Source: Podarcis tiliguerta (Eukaryota). From it: a stretch of DNA of 64,000 nt. Location: assembly GCA_965153285.1 (NCBI GenBank), contig OZ229115.1; one strand, given 5' to 3'. Numbering within the stretch: the first letter of the stretch is position 1; each line of letters opens with the position of its first letter. The translations under genes were made by a program, and so were the position numbers. A model generated the notes under the pieces. The model was not told the origin of the DNA and did not search any database. It saw nothing but the letters and a program-made list of their open reading frames with translations. Positions 48,110 through 59,600 of the stretch are shown here, in pieces.

Positions 48110-50729
48110 TGTAAGCTGCTTTGAGCAGTCATTCTTTTTTGTAGAAAGATGGCATACAAATAAAATGGTGGTGATGATTAAAACATCTGGAGGACACGAT
48201 GTTGTCCACCTGTGGTTTTAAGGAAAGGCTATGGCAGGCTCCCTTCACCCATTTGTTATTTGAGGGCAAAGCCACACAAGCCAGTCTTGCAAAGCACAGC
48301 TCCATTTACTTTCAGTCACTAACAGAAGGGAGACTGAAACATACCAGTAATTCTAAGATGAAACACACATGCCCTCTCATTAGGAGGAGGATATGTGAAC
48401 TATGCAACACTGGCAGCATGCCAATGGTGTGAAAAATACATTTTTATACATTATTGCCATTTTATATATTATTGCCATTGTTACAACAAGGAATGGGGGG
48501 TGGGGGATGGCACAGGCCTAAATACATTTTTATGGGAAGGTGGTGTTGGCATGCCATGTTTGTCACATGTCACATTGAGTGACTATAACACCTGAAAGCA
48601 CCACTAATTCTCCAAGGGGAAATGAGATATATCATGAGTTACATGCAAGAAGGCCCCAACATTAATTATGCTTTGCAGTGGTCAGAGTGTGTTAACCCTC
48701 CTACTGTATTTGGATTGAAATTTTCAACTAATATAGTGTTCCCTCACCCCCAAAAGGTTTAATTCAATTGTTGAGAGAGTGATGACCATTTACAGGAGAA
48801 ATGTCTCTATCTGTATTTCCGAGCCAGTGATGAAGATAGACGAGAGAAGCTCCTAGCTAAACTTAACCCAAAGAATATGATGCCATCTGAACAGGGTGGG
48901 TGATCCACAAGAAAAGAAACAGAACAAGTAATTCACGCTGGATTTCTCTGGTCTGAAACGGCCAATGAGGTACTTGCTGCTGTGTAGATTATGTACTACC
49001 CATCGCCTCATTGTCCCATTCATAGAAGAAGCCAGCACAATAAAACACGTTGCAGGGAACTATCCTGACTCATAAATGCCATGTGACCATTTCTATTTAC
49101 ATGGTAGCCCAGTGGGTTTTAATTGGTGAATATCTTAGAACCTTTGAGTAATTACTGGCTCCTGTGGATTACTTTGTAATTGCACTTAATGGACCCCAAA
49201 GTAATTACCACATGAATGGGATTGTGGTTAAAGGACAGAAACAACCATTAATTTACTCTGGAATTAAATGGGATTTGCCGTCTAATTGCCTAGTAACGCC
49301 CACTTCCCTCCTTTCTCCCCCACAACCACTGCCTCATAATTACCCTGTAACTCCCCTGTGCCCTTATCCATTGTAGGCAGGGCTAGACATGCCTCTTATT
49401 AGCAGTGGAAAGAAGCACCATGTAACACAAATCAGTGTCAAAAGTGTTTGCATGCAGTTAGATCCATATGCTATAACACCTACTTAAACTCAGAGACCCC
49501 AATACAACAGACTAGTAGGTGAACATCTCAGATATTCACACACACACACTGTAAAGTGGCTACCCTGGAACAAAGGAACTTCAACGAGAAATGCCAGTGT
49601 GAAACTGCAACATTAAAAATTCAATTCTATTCATTTGGGTCTATGTAGAGATAATGGTTTCCTGTTCCACTATAGGAGTGAATTTTCTCAGCAATGCTAA
49701 AACAATTCTGTTGTCACCAACCACTGTTGCTGCAAAGGGTCATTTTACATATATTTGAGCTTTGACTGAGCTGTCAGACTATACTTGTTGCATCCCATTG
49801 ACACTTAATCCCAACAGTGACACACACACAAACACACCATTACATCCAGGGTATGTATACCTGAAAAATGAATCACACTTCATGCAACTGAAGATAGCTC
49901 TGGTCCATGAAATCTAGTGCTGTAATGACCACAAAACTCTTTGCTCAGTGTGCTTAAGGTATTTGATTGCAGTTGAGGTAAGCATACTCCACTTGTGACC
50001 AGAAATATTTCCCAATTTTTAAAGGCGTCAGTCTTCTATGACATTCTAATTTCAAACTTCACTACTACAATGGTGTTTTCTCAAGTGAAAACAGGTGAGT
50101 CTTAAATGTCTCACTTGTTACAGGGAGGTGCGTAATGGGAAAGATCCATTTTTATATTGGATGTACTATCTTCTCACTATATCTTTTCCTTCAGTTACAG
50201 ACGTGGACAAATGAAAATTCAGATAAAAGCACTGCTTTTGAGAACAGCCTAAGCAATACACACTGTTAAAAAAACCCCAAAACTATGGCTAATCATTTTA
50301 TAATCTAATGCTCTGTAAGATTTTGCAGTGGTGGTGAATCTCCTGGCAGAGGTTGACTAAAATGCTCGGATAAGATAAAGGCACTACTGGTTACATCATA
50401 TCTCCACAGGAAGTGGGGAGGTTAGTGAATGATGGGCTTGAGGGAAAATGGGGTTTGAAGAATTGGTACAAAGGAAATAGGGAAGGAAATGTGTGGGGTT
50501 GGGAGAGCTTTTTAAAAAGGTGTCCAGTGAAGCAGTGTGCTAAGGGGAGAAGTCATGCCTCAAGAAGAGTGGAAGAAATTGTGGTCCAGGAAAATGAAGT
50601 CTTGCCCAAATGAACAGAACAAAAAGGAACACAAACTTTAGCAAAAGAAATGTAAACAGACAACAATGGGTGCAATTATTATTATTATTAGTAGTAGTAT
50701 TTGAGGAGCACATCATTTTAAACATAATG

Positions 50730-51285
50730 ACCATCACCAATAAAATATTTAAATACATTAGAAAGAGGAAACTGGCTAAGGTGGTGGTTGGTCTTTAGAC
50801 AACAAGGAGTAAAAGGTGTGCTAAAGGAAGACAAGGACATTACAGAGAAGCTGAACGAATTCTCTGCATTCTGTTTACACAGTGAGAGACGTAGGGCAGA
50901 TCACTTGTGCTTGAACTAACTTTCTCAAGAAGGGAATCGGAGGAACTGAGGAAAATAGTGGTGATAAAGGACAAAGGCTTAGACCTTATTGACAAATGGA
51001 AAATGGAAAAATCACTGTGTTCAGATGACATCTTCCTGAAAGTTCTTAAAGAACTACAGTGTTAAATTGCTCATCTTTTAACAAAAAATATGTAACTTGT
51101 CCCTAAGATCAGCCTCCATACTGAAGGACTGGAAAGTGCCTGTTGTGACACGATATATATATATTTTAAAATCCATATTAGGGTTTATTAGGAAAGGAAC
51201 TGACAATAAAACTGCCATTATCATAAAGCCATTGCACAAATCTATGATGCAATGGCACTTGGAACGTTGTGTACTTGGAATATTG
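50730..51285 (+). mobile_element. CR1 LINE ORF2 fragments (internally deleted, decayed)
   Basis: FKYIR.RK...EKLNEF...LKVLKEL...LKDWKVPVVT joined to ILGFIRKG...IIKPLHKSM..HLE.CV. Confidence 0.8.
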
Positions 51286-53166
51286 TCTGATTTGTTTTTA
51301 ATTGTTTTCAATATTTTGAATTGCTGCGCCCTTTCCTGAGACCATGTGGTGAAGAGTGGATGATGATGATGATGATGATAATGTTTACATTTATCCTGAT
51401 GTGTTTGCAGGGAGATCAGACATCAGCTACAGAGCATTCACTCCAATTGGTTTGTGGGAAGACTAGATGGTGTTACATCAGAGCAAGTGTTACCCCACAC
51501 TTTCCACTGCATTTTCCCATCATTTTCCTTATTGCAAAAAAAAAAAAAAAAAAAAAAAGGCTGATCTTTTTGGGAAGTAGGTTCCTTGCACAAGATCTTC
51601 CCACTGTAATTGCACAACCTGAGTTTGCCAATATGTGATTGAATCCCACTCAAAAATAGCAACAGTCTGGAGGCGCCTTTAAAGGGATGACTGTATTGGG
51701 TTGCAATTGTTGATATAGCGCTTGCTTAGATCAAAATTTCCATAACTAATGGAATTCCTATGAATGCAGGGTGGGGAATTGTGAAATATAATATTTCCAT
51801 TATGACGGTCTAGTCCTCCAAGCAGCCTCTCCCATGAACATGAAAAGTCTGACAATTTTTGACACGATCCATGTTAGAACTAGTAAAAACAAAACATCAA
51901 TTGATAGCTAATATAATTAGTAAAACGTAAGCCGCTCATTTGCTTTTTCAGTTGCTCTTCCAAGCACTTTCACAGGCTTTAATTGACAGTTGTAATTTTT
52001 GATTGCATATCAAGCAGCATGCAAGCACATACAAGAATAGTTCTTTCCGAATAAGCATTGGCATTCTTCACTTATGTTGAGAGCCTATCTGGATAACCTC
52101 TCAGTTTCTGCTTGGCAGAGAGAAAATTACTGTATTTTTCAGCAGATCCCTCTGAATAGGGGTGCCATTCCTGAACTCTATTTGGGAATGCACTTGCTAG
52201 AGGGGCAAAAGTTATACCAAAATGCAAATGAACGGAGACGCACAAAAGCCCTTTCTTAGAGCTTGCTCTTAGGAATGCTAGCACTGAGCAATGCAAAATA
52301 TGAAAGAGCTGCTTGAGAAACCCTTGCAATATAGCTTTGCTACCAATTTAAGACTTAAGATTTCCTTCAGAATAATACTTTAGTTTCCACTAGACTACTT
52401 CAATGCTTAATTTCTACAAAAAGAGATGCAGGAGCTCAATCCTGACCAGAAAGGGCCACTTACGCAGTTTTGGGGTGGGCAGTGGTTGAGGCCCATCATG
52501 ATTCCCACCTCCCACCCCACCAGAGGAGAAAAATTCTTTTGGCCTTGTGGCCAACCATTGGGATCTTCCTCAGATGGCTGCAAGGGACCCTGGAATTCCC
52601 TGCCCAATAATTTTGCCCAATCAGCCTCGGCAAGGGGTGGGGCATTGGCTGAAGACTGCAGCAAGTCTTCACTCTGGTCTGGCGTCAAAGGGTAACGGCC
52701 GGCTTCGCTGGAGATGGGCAGAATGGTCAGCAGAAGAGCAACCCATCCACCCCATATGCTGTTCTTGAGGCACCTTATATATGAATCACCTTGCTGCGAT
52801 TCAAATGGTCACTGTATTTGAATTTGCTTGCAAACAAATCAGGCCTGTTGGCTTTTTCCTTTCTTTCTTGCATTCCTCATAAGAATCGCCACAACTTTCG
52901 GCAGACAAGGCATTGGGTGGAATCTTTAGTCCAGTTCTGGGTGATTTGGTTCATCACCCTGACATCAAGCAGGTGTGACCTCAGGGTACCCTGGTAGAGG
53001 GGTCTGAGTGGAAGTTTCTGTCCTGAAGCCAAGCGGGGAGCCAAAGGGCCTTGGAGATTCCAGTAGAGGTCTGGGGAGTATCAGCTTAGTTGACCGGTGT
53101 CTTGAGCTTGCCCATAATTCAGGCACAATCCTGTACAAACTTCAGCCTTCCCCTGGGAGGCTGATA

Positions 53167-53408
53167 CAGTGGTACCTCGGGTTAAGTACTTAATTCGTTC
53201 CGGAGGTCCGTTCTTAACCTGAAACTGTTCTTAACCTGAAGCACCACTTTAGCTAATGGGGCCTCCTGCTGCCGCCGCGCCGCTGGAGCACAATTTCTGT
53301 TCTCATCCTGAAGCAAAGTTCTTAACCTGAGGTACTATTTCTGGATTAGCGGAGTCTGTAACCTGAAGCGTATGTAACCTGAAGCGTCTGTAACCCAAGG
53401 TACCACTG
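53167..53408 (+). mobile_element. Same MITE family, 242 bp
   Basis: TIRs and TA TSD intact. Confidence 0.88.
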
Positions 53409-54274
53409 TAGTGGATACACAGCCGAAATCTAAGCCTAAGCCTACCTATGTCTGTGATTGATAAGGCTGTGACCAATTTTTAACCCCATAAAGTTGTGTC
53501 AGGATTGTTCCACCTATCATTGCTTACTGCCTTCGCCTGTGGGGTAGGGTACACTGTGAGTGGGTCTGCAACAACTCCGTCAGAGCTTCTCCAGCATTCT
53601 CTTTATTTACTCATTGTTGAGGAATATGCACTCAGAACCTATTCTTACTGCATAAGCTATACTCAGGGTAAAGCTCTGGTACTGAGAACAGAGTTTGGAA
53701 GGATCAGATAAGGCTGGCACAAGCCCCAACCTCATCTGCAATGGAAAAGTCTACCTTGATTTACTCCATTTTTTAACTAGTCCTGCGTAGGTGATAGCTT
53801 GACAAGGCCATTCCTTATAGCAAAACAACTCTATAAGAGTTCTTTATAGGCCAGTCTAGAGGCTTTCTGGGCCAACAAATAAATGCTTAGGACGAAGTGT
53901 TCTAGCTGCAGCATCAGTGTAATGTCACAAAAGATGACATTATGTTAGCATTGGTGAGTTACTATTTCATTTCCAGCTTTCCCATCAGTGTCCTGGAGCA
54001 AATCTTTGGGATGTATTTGCGTAATTGCAACCATATACCCATAACCCTCCCCAAAACATTTCATCTAAATTGCTAAATATGGAGAAAGAGTCATCAAAAA
54101 AGATTGTGAAGTGGCCTGGCTTAGCTTTTAGACCACCTTTCTGTCCATGGGGCTGTTCAAATCCAAATCAGACAAAACGAAACAGGGGAAAATATTTGCA
54201 CTAAGGTGGGAAAACATCAGGCTGCAGAATCTACTAAGGCTGCGAATCCATTAGCATCTTAAAATGCAGCAAGT

Positions 54275-54497
54275 TACAGACACTTGGGTTACAGATGCTT
54301 CAGGTTACAGACTCCACTAACCCAGAAATAGTACCTTGGGTTAAGAATTTTACCTCAGGATGAGAACAGAAATTGCGCGGTGGCAGTAGTGGGAGGCCCC
54401 ATTAGCTAAAGTGGTACCTCAGGTTAAGAACAGTTTCAAGTTAAGAACAGACCTCCAGAACGAATTACCGGTACGTTCTTAACCCGAGGTACCACTG
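54275..54497 (-). mobile_element. Same MITE family, inverted copy with damaged left TIR
   Basis: Ends GAGGTACCACTG-TA; internal GGCCCCATTAGCTAAAGTGG. Confidence 0.8.
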
Positions 54498-56403
54498 TAT
54501 AGTCAATGGTCAACATCGTGGGAAAAACAGAATGTTATACTAAGAACTTTTTTTGGTGCAACGGCTCTATAGTTGTCTTGGTGGATGCTGCATTTTCACA
54601 GCACTTGGAACTGCATTGTCACAGAGTCCACATGACTTTGTGGGCATTCAAACAACGTATTTCTTCTGCCCCCATTTAACCCCACTTTCTTTGGAAATTC
54701 ATTTAAAAAACATACAACAACCTGTTGTCAACAACCTGTTTGCAATAGCCGAATGGCCCATTATGTCCCTGTCTGGAAGAACGCTGTATCATTGTTGGGA
54801 AAACACAGTTTTCTCTCTGGCCAGCACTATAATTTATAACACAACTGTAGTTTGGAAAGCGTTGTGTGACCCACCAACTGGGACTGCGCCTGGGACATTA
54901 ATTATGTTGAGTAGCCGAACTCCCTGACAGGACTTGCTCATGTCTTCCTTACTTAAAAATAAAATAAAATATTGTTGGATGAGCACTCCCTTGCTTAATA
55001 GCTCCAACGATAGAATGTTCATGTAATTCTATAAAACTAAAATATTCCCCCCCCTCCGAAAATTGGCAGACAATAGCAACGCTACGTTCTGCTTCACTCC
55101 AGAGAACTCCAAATAGAAATAAACCAGTATATGAAAAGAGTCTCTTGTCCATGTTAATGGTCTTTCTTGAAGCTCAGTCTTCTGCCAAAGGTGGGTGGGG
55201 GAAATGGGTGTGAGGGGTACAGCTATAAAACCCTTACTCGCTTAACCACATTCAGAGCTGCCTGTTCAGGTTTTTCACCTATTCCTGCTTTTTAAAGAGG
55301 AACCTCTTAAAACTCCGCCTGGTCTCCTGGAAAAGCAGCAGGCTAACTGAGCTTGTTATTGTTCTAGAGAGCTTCCATGGACCCATATTTAGAACACCTC
55401 GATCAATGTTTATTTAAGAGTAAAAGTAAATCGACAGTAGCAAAATGATGACTGCCAGACAGGCCTGCCAGAGTGATTTGTTTGAACCAATGACACACAG
55501 CCTGGAACTAATAATAACTCTTGAGGGGCCGGAGAGTGAGAGAGACGAAAACAGATAGCCTCAGCTCAATTTTCTGCCTCTTAGAGGCTATTAGTGGTTC
55601 TGCCTAGGAAGCCAAGGGGGGAAAAAACCTATATGGAACCATAAACTCTTCCACAGAACACCACAAATTTGAAGCTAATAAACCTACAGATGCAGTAAGA
55701 TCAGAAATTGGAGCTGGAAATTTTCTGTTTAGTTTCATACTGTTTCCAGCCCCTTCCAGTAATTCGGACTGCTGCTGTAACTCTGTGACAGTTGTTGCCC
55801 AAGAAAGCAGAAAAAAGGGTCCATAGCACTTCCAGACTTTTTGCTAGGGCGTTATTTCTACATTGTTAGCTGATATTTTCCAATAATTTTGGCCGCCAGT
55901 AAGTGTTTTAGTGAGCACCTTTTTTGGAGTGGGCATGTGCCCACATCTGGGCAGTGCAAATATTATGGGTGAGTGCCACATTCAAAGAGTACAAAATGTG
56001 AGGTATAACTGGGAATGGGGAGAAGGATCATGGAGTTAAGCATTACAGAAATTTAGCTCAAGTCAAATCAGCAAGAATCCATTCCGGCTAAAATTTCCCA
56101 GGAAATTTCGCATGAAGTTACATGGGAATCTGCTTTGACTCTGAAGTTGTTTTTACATAGCTAAGTTTTAGAAGTTGGTATTCCAGGCTTGCTATCCTGG
56201 GATAACAACTCCCCCTTGAATTAAATAATTTTTAAAGGATATTTTTGCTACACATTCTCCATAGTGAAATGGGATCACTCTTATGTCATAATGTGATAAA
56301 CCTCAGCATGACAGGTTAATGAAGAGTGCCTTGTTCATACAAGAAACTGAAAGAAGTCCCTGTGTACTTCTCAAATAAATTGATCCCAAAGAAAGATGGT
56401 TAG

Positions 56404-56650
56404 TGTTACGTTGTAGGTGAACATATCAGACGATACAGCGATTCTTCAAACAACTCTTCTTTATTCAGAGGCCAGAACAGAACTGAACTGAAGGGCTCAA
56501 TCAGCCTGCTTATATAGAGCTCCAGTATGACGTTACTGTAGCAACTTTCTAAAACTATCCAATCACTGAACGTCACTTTCGATCCTTCATTTGCATAACT
56601 ATCTACAGTATCCCCCTGCTGGCCCAGGGTGAGAACCTCAGTACATAACA
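56404..56650 (-). mobile_element. Solo LTR, 247 bp
   Basis: TG...CA ends and 5-bp TSD GTTAG; shares the terminal TGTTATGTACTGAG with the 41285 LTR; minus-strand TATATAA and AATAAA. Confidence 0.82.
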
Positions 56651-59600
56651 GTTAGATTTTGATTGTGGTTTACCTGTATCATCAGCTTTCCCTCTTCATA
56701 TGGAAAATGAGTCACTGCTGACAAAAATGGTACCATAAATTTAGATTTTTTTCTGGGAAGTGGGACAACTGCTAGTGGTCAGGCTTTGTCAGGACAGAGC
56801 ATTTAGCTATACGTTGCAACCAGTGAATCCCAGATAGCTTAACACTGAGAGCTCACCCCTTCTCTTAACTCCCCAAACCTAGGATGATCATAGAATGTGA
56901 CCACACTGTTCCTGAGAAGATGTTAGTGTCACTTCATAGGATCAAAACTCAGCTGTCTCCTCAATCCCCCCAGGCCTTCCCCTCACACTAAGCTAGTTTT
57001 CTTTAATGCTTCTGGAAAGTGTTTGTTCTCAGCTGTCTGTTCTGTAGCCGAGGAAGCTTCTGGATTCAATATGGTTTCAATTTGGGCTGAATTTATTTAA
57101 CAAGCTAAAAGTAGGCCTTCGGGAGCTGGACTCTCCTGGGGGGTCCTTCACTATACAGATTCAGGAAGAATCTGTATGAATGAGAGAGAACACCAGGGCT
57201 GCAGCTACAGAGGGGGGGGGGGGACCCCAAGGGGACTAATTCCACATAATTGGGTGATGCTCAGAATGATAGACATAGATTAGGAAACCAAGAGTAGATC
57301 TGAATGCATCTTTGCTATGCACCCCTACAATTTATTTACTTATTTTGTATGAATGGTGTTCCCTTTCCATATTGGTAAAATGATAGTATGCCATTAAAGC
57401 AACCTCGTGGGCGCTTTTTAATGATGTAATAGCTGTGAATGTTTTACCAGAAACACCCAGAGTGACTTCGTTGGCTAGATGCCAGTATGAATTATGGAAA
57501 GTACCATATGAAAGTCTGCAGATTTCTGTGTTGGCAGTAAAGACAAATCCAATTTCATTTTATGGTTTGGATAGCATTGTGGAATGAATAGGTGAATCTA
57601 GAATAGGTTGTACATTAAAGCTGTCCTTTCTAAGACAGCAAGGAGAAGTTGACATTGAAAATGATAGGACAGGAATGAGCAGAAAGACCATGAAGAGCTT
57701 TAGGTATTGCTCTGGCTTCCACTGTGCTTTTCTCCCTCTCAAAAGCATGAGATTCCCCCTTCCTCCGAGACAGGAGAACAGTTTCCTTGTACAAATTACA
57801 GATTCCACAGTATACATTTAAAGCACATGACATGATGCCACCATTAGCATGAAAGCTGTCAGCAAGGTGATGGAGGCAAGTGATGGAGATGACTGAGCCA
57901 AATTGCCCCAGAGACCCATGGCAATTGATTGCCTGTCCTTGTCAAAAGAGTAGAACAACACCTAGCTAAAGGCAACAGAAACTGGAAATTAACTCTAGCA
58001 ATAGAAGAGTGGAATTGTGGTAGTTCCAATTGGAATGTCATGCCATTCATACAAAAAGTGGGGAGGGGTCAGGGGAAAATGAAGCTTAAACTGGTACATG
58101 CAAACCTGTGTCAGAAACTGCACAAATGATAGGGCAGAGGATGAGCTATGTGTCAGACAACTGGGAATAACTACAGAATACGCACATTTGCTAAATCCCT
58201 TTAGTTTATCAAGGATTTCTAATGTGACCCTGGTTCACATTTGAAACATAGACATTATGCACCATGAAAGTTCAAACAGCAGTTAATTCTTTTAGACCTT
58301 AAAACCATAAGCAAAACAAAAATTACATTCCATGAGCATCTGTCAAATTCTATCAGTTACCAAACAACAAACACATTCTTTCACAGCTCATATCCCGGGG
58401 TCAGAAACTATAAAAAGTTTAATCAGATTCACATTCAGTGGCTGGCATTTTATACTCCAGGATATGACCTCTGGAAAGGCCTATTGAACTGTACCGTAAG
58501 TGGATGGATTAATCCTGCTCAATTTACAATGCTTAGAAAAACTGGAGAACTGGCACAGGCCAGACAGTCAGAGCAGAATCTACTTCTAGCCTCTTGCATA
58601 TTATAGTATGCTTTTTTCCTATCTAAGATTTCTACCCATGTATCATTACAGTTTTCCTAGATCTGCACCCTTTCTCTCGTTCCCATTTCCTCCTCATCTT
58701 CTTGCTCTTATTCCATACACTCATTACTCCAGCTTCCCTCAGTCTCTTGCTAACTCCAGCTCTTAAGAGGAAAGCTGCATTCTTATTTTAGATTTTTTAT
58801 TATTTATGTTGAAATTGTGCAATTCGATTGTGAATTTTTTTAATGTCTTACTTATTGTTTATGGCTACTTTTGTTTTACTGTAATTATGCACGCTTTTTT
58901 CATGTTTCCCCTCGAGCATGATTTGAACTATGGAAAGACAGCATACAAATAACATTATCTATGTGTGTATGTATGTAAACTTTGGCAACCAAGTTTTGGA
59001 CTATATATATATGTTTTAAAGTTATTATTAAATTAAATTAAATTAAAAACCAACATAAAACTTCCAAAAAAAAAATTACTACATCATCTATTGATCCCCA
59101 TGTTTTTTCAATGAGAATAAACATTTCCTAAAGAAGGGGGGTGGGAGAGGAAAGCTGAAACTTCAGCTCAGCTTTCATTTTATATTTGGGTACAGTGCAT
59201 TGTCTCTTTATACTATAAACAGATACATACAATTCCCAACCTGCATGTGCAATTTAGAGGAACAAACATTACAAGAATATCACACTTAAACAGCTTGTAT
59301 CTGATACTGTAAAGGGAAAGCTAAGATTAGGAAGAAAATAACATATCATAAATGATATGTGTCCAGACTGCAATCACTGTCATGTGATGACGCTTGATTC
59401 CAGCCAAGATACAATTCCCAGGCAATAGAAGCCACGATCTTGAGATTGGTAGGGAATTCTGCCATACCACCCACTTTTTTGTTACATTATATGCTACAGG
59501 ATTGCTTGCGTAATGGGACTTCAAACTGCATACAAGACTGCTGCCAGTGCTCCAGGCTTTAAATACCTCGAGTGTGCAACTTTTTCAAAACAGATTAATT

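Noticed and set aside
50840-51031. HCVNRMQRI as possible LGR6 exon 6
   Set aside because: It is the antisense strand of a CR1 ORF2 fragment.
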